Origin: the human T2T-CHM13v2.0 reference genome, Homo sapiens
Length of the DNA stretch: 64,000 bases
Direction: 5' to 3' (one strand)
Assembly: GCF_009914755.1 (NCBI RefSeq)
Contig: NC_060927.1
The notes under the pieces are model-generated. The model was given only the letters and a program-made list of their open reading frames with translations, made no database searches and was not told the DNA's origin. Shown here one piece after another: positions 39,100 through 52,770 of the stretch (within the stretch, counting starts at the first letter, position 1; each line of letters starts with the position of its first letter). A program made the position numbers and the translations under genes.

Positions 39100-40345
39100 C
39101 CTGATTCCACACACAAATACCCACCTGCTTACTCGTGTCACTGTGGGATATCTAACAGGCATCCCAAGCATAACACAATTTCACCTGGTTTAGCCTTTTC
39201 TTCCTCTGGGTTTCCCACTTTAGCAAATGGCCACTATCTTCCCAGTTGTTGAGACAAAATCCAGGAAGCTCTCTTAGACCCCTCTGTTTCTGCATGCCTT
39301 GCACCCATCCACAAGTCTTGCTGGTGCTGTCTCCAAATAGATCCTGAATTGGATCTCTTCCTCCTCCTCCCCTGCCACACCCAGGTCCAAGCTGCCATCA
39401 CCTCTGGTCTGGATGCCGGCAACTCTCTCTGGCTCACACACCTGCCCTGCTGTAGCCTGGATCCCACAGAGCAGCCAGATGGATCATTCCAAAGCACAGG
39501 TCACGCCACACCTCTGATCAAACTTCTCCAATGGTTTGCACTGTAATTAAGATCCAGTGAGAGGCCGGGCAGGGTGGCTCACACCTATAATCCCAGCTTT
39601 GGGAGGCCGAGGCTGGAGGATCACGAGGTCAGGAGATCGAGACCATCCTGGCTAACCAGGTGAAACCCCATCTCTACTAAAAATACAAAAAGTTAGCTGG
39701 GTGTGATGGTGGGCGCCTGTAGTCCCAGCTACTCAGAGGCTGAGGCAGGAGAATGGCGTGAACCCGGGAGGCGGAACTTGCAGTGAGCCAAGATCATGCC
39801 ACTGCACTCCAGCCTGGGCGACAGAGCGAGACTCCGTCTGAAAAAAAAAAAAAAAAAAAAAAAAGATCCAGTGAGAGCTCCATTCGCTGACCTGCAAGAC
39901 CCGACTCTACCCATCTCTGCAGCTTCTCCTGTGCCTCACCTTCCCTAGTCACTCTCTCTACTGGCCTTCTTTCTGTCTCACCAACATGCAAGTTTGTTCC
40001 TGCTTGGGGCCTCTGCACTCACCATTCCCTCTACCTGAAACATGTTCCCTGAGATGTGTGTCTACCTCCCTCTGTGATTCAGAGCTCAGCTCCAGGGCTC
40101 CTCTGCCAAAGGCTTTCCCTTACCTCCCTCCCTAATGCTTTTCCCCTCGTCATTTTCCATCACATCACACTGTTTGGTAGTGCCCTCAAAACTAACTTCT
40201 CTATTTGCTTTCGTGTTCCCTCTGTTCTGTCACTAGAATATAAGCTACATGAGAACCTAGACTCTCCAAACTCTCTGTTTAACCATGGGCTATCTCCTAT
40301 CTCCAATCTAGAACCTTGCCTGGCAAATAGTAGGTTTTCAATAAC
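39100..40345 (+). mobile_element. L2 (L2a-like) 3' region interrupted by AluY
   Basis: ggatatctaacaggcatcccaagcataac...ccaagctgccatcacctct...ctagaatataagctacatgaga...cctggcaaatagtaggttttcaataa. Confidence 0.85.
39563..39862 (+). mobile_element. AluY
   Basis: gatcacgaggtcaggagatcgagaccatcctggctaac and gaatggcgtgaacccgggaggcggaRcttgc diagnostics; pure poly(A); exact 14-bp TSD aagatccagtgaga (39549-39562, 39863-39876). Confidence 0.97.
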
Positions 40346-40659
40346 AGTTTCTGACATACTGACTTTCTCCCTGCCTTTGCCCAGCCTGTGTGTTCCATCC
40401 TATAGTGCTGTCCCCTTAGTGGTCATTTTTATTAGTCAAAGATATTTTTAGAGGAGATAAATAGTGGTATTTGTTTACTTCTGACCGAAGCCATGATGTC
40501 ATCATTTTTACCCAGTTATGTCCTTGCTCTGTCATGATTGAAAAAAGTGGCATTGGAGACTCCATTGTCCCACATCTGTAACCTGGGGCCCTTAGCTCAA
40601 GTCATCAGCAAGGATGAGAGAAGGATGCTGGGAGCAGAGGAGAGGAGAAAGGAAGGGGA

Positions 40660-40835
40660 CCCTGCCAGCACCTGAGGTGCCAGGCTCCAGGCCAGGAGCT
40701 TTCCTTGGGTCATCTCATCTGAGTCTCCATCATCCCAAGAGGCAGATCTTACTTTTGCCGTTTTGCAGATGAGCAAACTGAGGCTCAGAAGTTTAAACAA
40801 CCTTCCCAAAGTCACACAGCTTGGAAGTGGTAGAG
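40660..40835 (-). mobile_element. MIR
   Basis: ttttgcagatgagcaaactgaggctcagaagtttaaacaaccttcccaaagtcacacagc. Confidence 0.8.
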
Positions 40836-41378
40836 ACAGAAAGAAGGCCAGTAGAGAGAGTGACTAGGGATGTGAGGCAGAGGAGAAGTGATGGGATTTG
40901 GCACTAGTCTGTCTCCCCAGGGGGAGAACCTCTGAGGTTCCTCGAGAGAATCTTTGCTTTTACCCCTGAGGATCTCATCTTTAAATGGATGTGCATCCTT
41001 CTGGCCCCTTCTCAGAAGGAGGCACAGCTTAGAAACATGCCACCAGCCTCTCCTCAGAGGGGTGAGAGGGAGCATCTGGATGGATTGCATTTCCAAAGCA
41101 AGAACTCCTGCCATTCCTCAAAGCTTGATGGAGACCTTCCAGAGAAGGTGGTGCACATTTTGCTTAAACACATGTGGCATCCAGACTGAGTCCCTTTGTC
41201 ACACCCCACTGCCCAGCTCTGCTCCGGTCCCTGCTCACATGGCACCTCCTCAGTGGGCTCTCCCCTGGCCAGCTACACAGTCCTCCCCATCTCTGCCTCA
41301 CATCTCGCCCTGACCTTGAGTGAGTTTACCTCACACACTTAGCACCACCAGATAATCTATTGTGTTATAAATATCATA

Positions 41379-41652
41379 GCCTGTAATCCCAGTACTTTGG
41401 GATGCCAAGGCAGGTAGGTTGCTTGAGTCCAGGAGTTAGAGATCAACCTGGGCAACACGGCAAAACCCCATAGCTACAAAAAAACAAAAACAAAACAAAA
41501 AATTAGCTGTGTGTGGTGGCACATATCTGTAGTCCCAGCTACTAAGGAGCCTGAGGTGGGAGAACCAGCTGAGCCCAGGAGGTCCAGAGTGCAGTGAGCC
41601 GTGATCATACCCCTGCACTCCAGCCTGGGTGACAAAATGAGACCCTGTCTCA
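41379..41652 (+). mobile_element. AluJ, slightly 5'-truncated, tail replaced by AT-rich rearranged sequence
   Basis: gcctgtaatcccagtactttggg...ttgcttgagtccaggagtt...gagcccaggagg...gaccctgtctc. Confidence 0.9.
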
Positions 41653-41715
41653 ATATATATGTATATATGTCTCAATATATATGTATATATATAAAGAGAC
41701 AGGGTTGTTTAGTTG

Positions 41716-42026
41716 TTTTATTTAATTAATTTATTTTTATTTATTTATTTTTTGAAACAGAATCTCACACTGTCACCCAGGCTGGAGTGCAGTGGTTCGA
41801 TCTTGAACCTTTGCCTCCCTGGTTCAAGTGAATCTCCTGCCTCAGCCTCCTGAGTAGCTGGGATTACAGGTGCATGCCACCACACCCAGCTAATTTTTGT
41901 ATTTTTAGTAGAGAGAGGGTCTCACCATGTTGGCCAGGCTGATCTCGAACACTTGACCTCAAGTGATCTACCTGCCTTGGCCTTCCAAAGTGCAGGGATT
42001 ACAGGCATGAGCCACCGCGCTGGGCC
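41716..42026 (-). mobile_element. AluS, tail-to-tail with the preceding AluJ
   Basis: Antisense Alu with (TTTA)n tail; tgacctcaagtgatc; small deletion in the right arm. Confidence 0.92.
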
Positions 42027-42088
42027 TAGTTTAATTCTTCATTGTCTTCTTTTGCTAGAACATAAGCTCCAAGAAAGCAAGTGTTTCT

Positions 42089-42125
42089 GGTTTTTTTGTT
42101 TGTTTGTTTGTTTGTTTGTTTGTTT
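42089..42125. repeat. (GTTT)n microsatellite within an L2 3' end (~42040-42205)
   Basis: gtttgtttgtttg... Confidence 0.9.
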
Positions 42126-42499
42126 CTCACTGTCATGCTCTTAGTGCGTAGAAACAAGGCTGGCAAATAGCCAGAGATCAATAATATTGGTTAAGTGAAT
42201 GAATTTGGTTGCTGTATATACTCAGTTCACATTTTATGTCTTCCTAATGTTATTCTGAGTTTTCCTCCTTTAAATAAAAGTTTTATTATATAAGCAATAC
42301 AAATCCATAGTGAGAATTTTTAAAAAAGAGGAAAATAAGAACCTTCAGCAATTTCCCCGTGCCACTAGTACACTGAGGAGTATTCTCTCGTGGATTTTAC
42401 TTATTCATGGATAGAATGTATTTTTGCAAATTCATTCATTCAAATATTAGTTATCACATGTTCACCGTATTTCAGGTGCTGTGCTCAGCACTGGGATCT

Positions 42500-42680
42500 T
42501 ACTGTGCAGTTGACATTTAGGGCTAGAAAATTCTTGATATGGGGCTGCCCTGTGCGTTGGCCTTTACTCGCTGGATGCCAGCAGCACCTCTCTAGTCATG
42601 ATGGTCAAATGTCTCTAGACATTGCCAAATGTCCCTAGGGGTAAGGGTGGGCAAAAGTCACCTTATTGAGACTTGCTGGT
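42500..42680 (-). mobile_element. MER20 hAT MITE
   Basis: ttgacatttagggctagaaaattctt...ggatgccagcagcacc...aaatgtctctagacattgccaaatgtccctagggg; followed by gtctagag. Confidence 0.8.
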
Positions 42681-43049
42681 CTAGAGGAGGAGAGGGAATA
42701 TTTGTAAAGGATCAGTCATACTGTATGCTGTCTTGAGTGCCCAGCAGTGGGCACTCACCAATATTTGTGAACCCCTTCCACATCCCTAGATGCCTTCTGA
42801 TGGCAACCTGGTCCACAATTCACAGCAGCAGTTCCACGGCCGGGCACTGAGGCCATACACCTGACTCTGCTTCAAAGGCAAAAACAAGAGCACATCACCT
42901 CCTCTGCCTATCTCTGGGCCGGCATCATCCAGCCTGACTCCACCAGTATCCACCAGAATGGAGGGAAGCATGGATCTCTGGAGGAAAGGATCTCAACCCA
43001 CGTATCTCTCACCCAGCACCCACTCAGCACTTCCTCTGGGGCTCCCTTG

Positions 43050-43170
43050 CTGAGTGATTGACGGGCACTATTTCACGGAGTCTCTACCACAATCTTAAGA
43101 GGTAGAGATGCTTTTTATGCCCATTTTTACAGACGAAGAAAGTGTGGCTCAGAGAGGTTAAGTGACTGGA
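43050..43170 (-). mobile_element. MIR
   Basis: cccatttttacagacgaagaaagtgtggctcagagaggttaagtgact. Confidence 0.75.
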
Positions 43171-44071
43171 AATTCAAGAAGAAAAGAACTAGAAATAGAT
43201 CCAACTGGAAATAGCCTCCCTTTTATATTTAAGTCCATCTGGATTCAAAGAGAGTTGTCTGCGGCTGGCAGTGCTGCGTGAGCCTGTGTGTTAGATATTA
43301 GGAGGAATCTGGGGCTGGTATCAAGGTTCCCAGATCCCGACATCTTTTAAGGGCATAAACTGGGCGGGCGGCAAGAAGGGGACAAAGTTCACACACCTGG
43401 GTAGGGATGCATCTGACTCTGGGACTCCAGTCACTGGGAGGACCTGGACCTGTAGGTGGGGATGGGTCAGGGTGGGCCTCCTTTGAGATCTTGCTGGCAG
43501 AGCAACACATGGCCTGGTCCTCCTGAACTCCAGCCACTCCCATTTGCCCATCCCCACTCTAGGGGATAAATGGAGTGGCCCAGAGAGGCTGTCAGAGTCC
43601 TAGAAGGCTAGAGACCCACTATAGGATTTGGTCTCTCTACAGGCTTGCTCATTAGTAAGTTCATTAGTAAACTTTTGTTGAGTGTTTCCCAGGCCTGGAG
43701 ATATAGAGATGACTAAGGTACAGCCCCAAAGAGGGCTTACAGACCACCAGAGGAGACAGGGTAGAAATGGTTGTGCTGAGAAGCGTGTTAGAACACTGGA
43801 AGAGATGAGCCTGTTGCCAAACGCAGTTCCGCTGCGATGCAAGTATATGTTAATGCTGTCCCTGAAGAATGGCGCTGTGGGACAGGGTCTGCTTTGGATC
43901 AGGCAATCAAGTTTCCAAACACAGGACCAGCCCTTGTCCCACAGGATCTCAGAAACTCTTGTGGGCCTCAGTTTTCCAAATGGGATCATAGACCCAGCCC
44001 TTGATGAAATCATGTGCAAAGAGCACTTAGTTCAGTGCCCAGCACTTGTGAGGTACTTAGTAAAGTTCCTA

Positions 44072-44786
44072 ACACCTGTCAGAATGGCTAAAGTAATAAT
44101 GAGAACGAATAAACACTGCCAACAATCCCAAGTGTGGGTGAGGATGTGGAACCACTGGAGCTCTCATCTGCTGCTGGTGGGAAAGTAAAATCGCAATGCC
44201 TACTCTGAAAAAGAGTTTGTGCAGTTTCTTATAAGGTGTGACATAAACCTACCACATAATTCAGCAACCCCACCCCTAGGCATTTACCCAAAAGAAACAA
44301 AAACTTATTTCAAACAAAAAAATAAAGTGTCTCTATTCATCATTTCCCCAAACTGAAAACAATCCTAATGTCTCTCAATGGACGATGAGATGAATGGATA
44401 AACTACCTCTGGTGCATCCCTCCCATGGACGCTACTCAGCAAGAAAAAGCAAGGGACTATGATACATGCAATTGGATCTCCAGCCACTGTGTTGACAGAA
44501 GGAAGGCCCAAAGCTTACATTGATATGATATGATTTTTGATATGATTCAATTTTTCAATGGTATTATGGAAAAGGCAAATCTGTAAATCAGTGGTTGCCA
44601 GGGATTTGGAGGAGGGAAAAGGGTTGACCACAAAGTGACGAGGGGTAAATTTGGGGGGTAATGGAACTGCTCTGTGCCTTGATTAGGGTGGTAGTTATAC
44701 AACTGTATGCATTTGTCAGAATTCACAGACCTGTACGCTAAAAGTATGTTTTACTGTATGAAAATTATTTCTTAATTTTAAAAAAT
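44072..44786 (+). mobile_element. Old L1M (L1MC/MD/ME-like) ORF2-end/3'UTR
   Basis: acacctgtcagaatggctaaa...gtgaggatgtggaaccactggagctctca...ctaggcatttacccaaaagaaa...ttttactgtatgaaaattat. Confidence 0.85.
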
Positions 44787-47069
44787 AGAACAAAAGCCTT
44801 CTAGAGTGTCCTTCAGCCTCGCTGAAGGCTCCAGGGCCACCTCCTGGGCCATTTCTTCCTCCTGTGGGTTGCCTAGGGCTGGCAGGTGCCTGCCTCCCCT
44901 GCATGACAGCCCAGCCTTTCCCCTCCAATGTGAAGAAAGAGGCACAGCTGCTCTTGGATTCACTCTGCGTCGTTCTTAGTGGAAGACTGCTCTCAGTGGC
45001 CACCCAGGGCCATGGGAGCAATGGATTTCTGTGGGTTCTCCTGCCCCAAGGCACTCTCCCTGCCTAATAAAACCCTTGAAGAGGAAGGAGGCCAGTTGTG
45101 CTCACAACATCAGCGTGGAGGAAGAGCCTGAAGCATGTGCACCCGTGCATGTGCCTTCAAGACTTGGGAACTGAGGACCAAGTTTCAAAGGCCAGCTGTT
45201 CATGTCCACTGACACAAGGCTCAGCTCCTGGGCTCCCTGACCTCCTAGTCCCCACACTTTACAAGCTGGGGAGTGGTGACACCAGGTGAGGACTTCCTAC
45301 TGAAGGCTCCAAAGCACCTTCTTGTCCCCGTGCCCTGTCCCTGTAGGTATGTGAGCTTATAACTCCTGGTCTACATGCGCTTTATCTCAGCAATCCCCTG
45401 CTTGCCTACAACTGGAATAACTACAGTGCTGGTGACCCCTAAGTCAACTCACCCTTCTGAGAGGAAGATGTCTTGGATTTTCCACCATGAATGACCCTCC
45501 CCAGTAGACGTCCCTGAGGCACTGTAAACAGGTCTTCTGTGAATGTGTAATTGACTCATTAGTCCATGCAGGCACTGGGGATTCAGTGCAGTGCACACAC
45601 AGCCCCCTTCACTTGCATGTTCCACAACGCACTCTGTGGGCCTCCTCAAGTGGACTTGCCCTCATCAATCTGTCCTCCATACAGCAGGCACCAACCCCAT
45701 GCTCAAAACTCTCCAATGGTCCTGCTGATTTAATGATCAGGTTCAAACACACTAGCTGACCCCCATGGCCTCTGAGGCCAGAGGTCACTGAGAGCAAAGC
45801 CTTGCACAGAGCTCACCACTGTGGCGCCCTTCTCTCTCCCCCTCAAATCACCCCTCATGCTCCTCTCCACTGGATCACTCAGTGGATCCATGGATCCACC
45901 ACTTCCAAGCATGGCATGTGCTCACCTGTCTTAAAAACACGCCTTTCCTTGATCTCAGCTTCTCTTATTGCTCAATTTCTGTTTTCCTCAATGGCTGTAA
46001 TCCTCTCCTATAATGCTTGCTTCAAAAGGGATGAATAACTATAATGCCAAGAATTCTAACAGCCTCGATGGTTCAAGTTTGGAAAGCACTTTATAACACC
46101 AAATTGGTCCGATCCCAGACGAGGGAGCTTAGGCTTGCACTGCTGAAGGCCATTTAAGTAGTGCCATAGAAATCCATGTTTCCTGACCTTCAATTCCTGA
46201 CCTTCAATTCCAGGGCATCTTCATCAGCCAGGGATCAGGGCAGACCACAGGGACTGAGACAAGATACCCAAAGGTAAGGGGCATCTAGAATTAATAGGGG
46301 TCAAGTTCTAGAAGGTGGGTGTGCATGCAGAGGCCAAATTTGAGCAGGAAGCAGATCAGAGGACCTCAAGGTGGAGAAGGAGATCTGAGGCCTGCACTGG
46401 TCCAGGGCTCAACCATGTGGAAGGTTGGGAAGAAGAAGGAACTCACAGATATGGAGAACAGCCATGGTAAGGACTTGATCCTTCTCTTCCTGCATCTTCC
46501 TAGTGCTTTCAGTATCTCTATCATCCCTGATTTTCAGCTTAGGAGGCCAGGACTAAGAGAGGTGAATACTTAATAGTATTGAGTGAATACTCAATAGAGG
46601 CAAATAATACAAAAAGAAGGGAAGTGGATGGCAGAGAGATTTGACAAGATTTTTTCAATATGTTTGAAATTATGTATAATTATAAGTCAAACATAAATAA
46701 AGTCACTCACCTATGTGGTGGAGCAGGGATCAGAGGCCAAGCCTGGGGGACTCCCACACCCATGGCCCTTCCTCTCTGCCCCACAGAGACTCTGCCCATC
46801 CCAGGTTTGTGCTTTTCTGTTGGAAAAGTTCCAGGCATGCAAAGGCCCAGAATGTCCTTCTTATTTCCCCTTGAAAATGGAAACTTGAGTAATAAACCTT
46901 GCAGACATTTTTTTTCCTCCCATATCTCCAGGGCCTTGTCCCTTCTAAGAATGGATCTTTGTCTTGTAATCATGAACATGAAACACCCACGGCCACACCA
47001 CTTCCACCTCTCCTGAGAGTGATGGTGCTCCCACAGTGGCCCTGTCTGCTCAACCCAAACACAAGTTAG

Positions 47070-47471
<402 letters not shown>

Positions 47472-47614
47472 TAAACCTGCTATCAGGTTAGAGATGGATT
47501 TCAAATTCAATTCTATTTTTAAAAGAAAATGAAAGGGAAGGTCACCTGAAAAATAAATCAAAATCCATAAGTCTCCATTGGGCACTTACTAAATTCTAGT
47601 TCTTAAACCCTACT

Positions 47615-47750
47615 AAGTCTGCAGTATTAGCCCAATTTCACAGATGAAAAACTGAGTCTTAGGGTGGTTAAGTCATTCACAGCCATGAGAAAACAGAGCT
47701 GGAATTTGAACTAGGTTTGAGGGACTCCAGAGTCCATGCTCTCATTACCA
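47615..47750 (-). mobile_element. MIR
   Basis: cccaatttcacagatgaaaaactgagtcttagggtggttaagtca...gactccagagtccatgctct. Confidence 0.75.
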
Positions 47751-47780
47751 ATACCCCGGCCTAGAACAGGCTGTCTCTGA

Positions 47781-49081
<1,301 letters not shown>

Positions 49082-49099
49082 AGAAACACGTCTATTTAA

Positions 49100-49280
49100 T
49101 TAGCATCTATATTTGTCTGGCATTTTATTAGATTACTTCAATTTTTTAGCTCATTAATCCACACAGGCAAAAAGAAAGAGGTATCATCACCCCCATTTTA
49201 TAGATGAGGAAATGGAGGCGTAAGCGGTTAAGGTCACCAGCTGGTTAGAGGTTTTAACTTAGGTCTGCCTGATATCAAAT
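49100..49280 (-). mobile_element. MIR
   Basis: ccccattttatagatgaggaaatggaggc. Confidence 0.7.
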
Positions 49281-49789
49281 GCAGTTATTTTCCCAGATAC
49301 TCACACTCAGTCCAGATGCAGCAACCACCATCAATTCGAAGACCAATGCAATCGGAGACAGACCAATTCAAAGTTAACTGCAATATTTCGGGAGCCCCCA
49401 GCTGATCAGGACCTTGGATAGCTCCAGGTGCCTCTGAGTTGATTGGCTCCAGGATGCTGACCGCAGTGCATTCCTAGATTCTCATAGGCCCACACTGGAC
49501 AGATCCCTCCCACTCCAACCCGGAAGCCGTTGAAGGGCTAGCATCTGCTGCTGTAAGTGGGCCTTTAGTTACAGGACACTGTCAGATGTCTGGGGGCCTT
49601 TTGGGGAAGGAGGCGTGCTGGAGGTTCTCAGGTCATGAAGCGGGGTGTTAGTCTTCTTAGATATTCCAGTGGGCATCTCCTCTTCTAGGTGCAATCTAAG
49701 GTCCTAATTAGTAAGGTGTACCTTAGTGAAGAGTTCTCAGTGGAATAATACACGTTTCCAGCTGCATCCCACCAGTTTATAAAATAATT

Positions 49790-49945
49790 ATTTGTGGCAT
49801 TATCATTTTCCATCTTCACAACAGCCCTGTAAATAAACTATTACCCTCACGGTGCAGATAAGGAAACAGAGGCTCAAAAATAGTAGATGACCTGTCCAAA
49901 GTCACACAGCTAAGAAATCTCAGAGCTGAAACTTAAACCCTGGTG
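49790..49945 (-). mobile_element. MIR
   Basis: tcttcacaacagccctgt...cagataaggaaacagaggctca...tgtccaaagtcacacagctaag. Confidence 0.8.
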
Positions 49946-50139
49946 ATCATTATACCAAGTTGCCACATCTCATATAAACAGACCACATTGCCTTCCATTA
50001 AGCATATTACATTTATCTTAATTATGTTTACTTGATGCTTGGAAATTTTGTTTTGAGAGCCACCTGTAAATATGACCATACTCCATCACATTTTCAGGAT
50101 TCAAACATCATTTGTTAATCGACACAAATGAAGATTGCT

Positions 50140-50745
50140 TAATGGAATAAAATCCAAACTCCTTTCCATAGCCTACAAGGCTCTATGTGAACTGACCCCT
50201 GCCCAGCAATCTGACCTCGTCTCTTATTGCTGTCCCCTTTGAGCACCATACTCTAGCCACATCAAGCTCCCTGCTGCTCCTCGAACCCACCACGTTCATT
50301 CCCAACTTGGCACTTTTCACTGACTGGGTCCTCTGCCTGGAATTCTCTCCTCTCAGATCTTTGTAAGCTGCCCGCTTGTCCCTCAGCTCTCAGCTCAAAG
50401 GTCCCCTCTGCAGAGAGGCCCTCCCTGACTACCCAAGCTAAGTAGCCTCTGTTCACTAAACCACATCAACCTTGCTCTTTATCCTTCCCAGCACAGACGC
50501 CTGCCAGCACCTTAAAGACCCATTTAAAGCAGAAGACCCCAGCCCTTCAATGGCTTCCAGGTCGAGGTGGGAGGGATCTGTTCATGGCAAACTGAAACAA
50601 CTGAGTTGATTTAGTAGTGCATTTTCTTTCTCTCCTATTTAGAACCAAAGTTCTATGAGGGCAGGGACTCTGTGGGTATGAACATCACTGTCTTTCCAGC
50701 ATCATGTGCAGTGTAGACACTTAATAAATGTTTGCTGAAGGAATG
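50140..50745 (+). mobile_element. L2 3' fragments
   Basis: aataaaatccaaactcctttccatagcctacaaggctct...cctctgcctggaattctct...gagaggccctccctgac...ttaataaatgtttgctgaaggaatgaa. Confidence 0.8.
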
Positions 50746-51289
50746 AACTTCGTAACCGGTCTCATGCAGTGACCACAAATTTAATTTTGCATGTCTTCAA
50801 TGTGTCTCTGATTTCTTCAAGGGAGATGCCAAGGCTTTGAAATCAAAGTTCTTAGAACATTTTTAGTAGCATGCCCCATATAACAGATGCAGAGGGAGAA
50901 GCTGTCACTGTAGAACGGTTAAGCATCACTTTAGTAGCAATCAAAAAAGCTCATATTTCTTCAAAGAGGAAAACAAAAAGTCCCAGACAGGATTGTGAAT
51001 TCCTTGGCGTTTGCTCCTCCCTGGCTTAGTTTCAAAAGAGAACCAGGGTTTCCTGAAGAGGGGCTCAAATTATTCTGAAGGGCCACTTCTCTCTGTCCTT
51101 TAAGATGAAAACTCTACAGCCAGCTGCCAGCAGCAGCTCAGGGATGGGAGAAACACACAGTCAAGAAAATCTTTCCCAAACGAAGGAGGCTGCAGGGAGC
51201 CAGAGAGAGCTCTGATGTGTGTGGCTTCCCCCAGGCACACTCTCTATGAGGAATTCTTAGCAAACCAGGGCACGTGGCACACCACAGGC

Positions 51290-51750
51290 GAGTACGCGTG
51301 CACACACACAGGCACACGCACACGCAGGTGCACACGCACACAGGCACACACGCACACAGGCACACACCCAGACACACACAGGTGCGCACACACACAGGGC
51401 CACACACACACACACACACACACAGGCACACAGGCACAGTCACACATACACGCACACACACATGCACAGGCAAACAGGTACACACAGGCACATACACACA
51501 GGCACGCACACAGGCACAGGCACACAGACATACACACACAGGCACAGGAACCTAGGCACACACACACAGAGGCACATACCCACAGGCACACACACAGACA
51601 CAGGCACAGGCACACACACAGGTACACACACACAGGCACAGACACACAGACACATAGGCACACACACAGGCACACACACAGGCACAGGCACCTAGGCACA
51701 CACACACAGAGGCACATACACACAGGCACAGAGGCACACACACAGGCACA
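51290..51750. repeat. Compound (CA)n / CACAGG minisatellite-like tract, ~460 bp
   Basis: cacacacaggcac units throughout; source of the spurious His/Thr and Cys/Val ORFs. Confidence 0.95.
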
Positions 51751-51934
51751 GTGTCTCAGGACTTCCATCGGCCCCTTCTACAGGGAGTTGCAGGCATGGC
51801 AGGGAAGTTAGGGGGAGCCCCTAGGTTAAGAAGGAAAGAAGGAGGAAACCACGAGCAGAGCTAAAGGAGGGACGAGTAACTGGCCATCAAGCCATCCCCA
51901 AATATTTGCCAAGTGCCCCCTCACCCCTATAGCC

Positions 51935-52120
51935 AGCTGTGTGGCAGCTGAGTGAAATGGTTCAGAATGTCAGGTCTGGAGCCAGACTTAGTGGGTTTGA
52001 ATCTCGGTTCTACCTCTTGCTAGCTGTGACCTCTGATAACTTATGGCAAAGCTCTGTGCCTCAGTTTCCACATTTGCTGAAAGAAAACAACAATAATAGT
52101 ATCTATTGCATATAAGTAAA
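51935..52120 (+). mobile_element. MIR
   Basis: ggtctggagccagact...gggtttgaatctcgg...ctctgtgcctcagtttccca. Confidence 0.8.
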
Positions 52121-52579
52121 CTCTACATACATTTCAGCTGCTGCAGTTTGTTTTTTATTGTTGCCATCGTCCTGAAGCCTTTGAGCCTTGGTCACCTCCT
52201 CTGTTAAATGGCCCTCAAGCTACCACCCCTCAAAAGGACATGACAAGGATTAAATTGGAAGATGACATCATCTATTGGGTAAACATCACATTTCGGGAGC
52301 CGATTTGAACAGGATGCTGGATTAAACTCCAAGTTGGGCTACTAGGGGGCAGGAACATGGACAACACAGTTTCTGCTCAAAGGCAGATATCAGGGGAAGG
52401 TAAGTGATGAGACAAACGGGAAAAGACCCCTCAGAACACAAAAGTCTCATGGGAATTCAGGGAAGGGACAGGATTCTCTGAGAGGTATTCCAGAAAGGCC
52501 TCACAAAGAAGTGAACTGAGCATAATTTGAGGTAAATGAAGCTTGCTGCAGGGGTATGTGAAGAACGTGGTAACTCCGT

Positions 52580-52770
52580 AGTGATTAAAAACAGGATGTA
52601 AGGGCCAGAGTCCCTGGGTTCAAATTCCAGTTTCTCTGCTTCCAAACTGTGTGCCCTTGAGCAAATGGCTTAACGTCAACTGTGCCTCAGTTTACTCACC
52701 TGTGAAGTGGAGGTAATTACAGTACTTTCATTGGTTGTTACCAAGATTAAGAAGGATGACACAAGTTATA
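52580..52770 (+). mobile_element. MIR
   Basis: cctgggttcaaattccag...ctgtgtgcccttgagcaaatggcttaac...tgtgcctcagtttactcacctgtgaagtgg. Confidence 0.85.

Noticed and set aside
42040-42500. Tail-to-tail L2 3' ends as a possible miR-28/151-type hairpin
   Set aside because: Ends are over 200 bp apart and too diverged for a compact pre-miRNA stem
51138-51811. His/Thr-rich and Cys/Val-rich ORFs resembling metal-binding proteins
   Set aside because: Translations of the (CA)n/(TG)n tract
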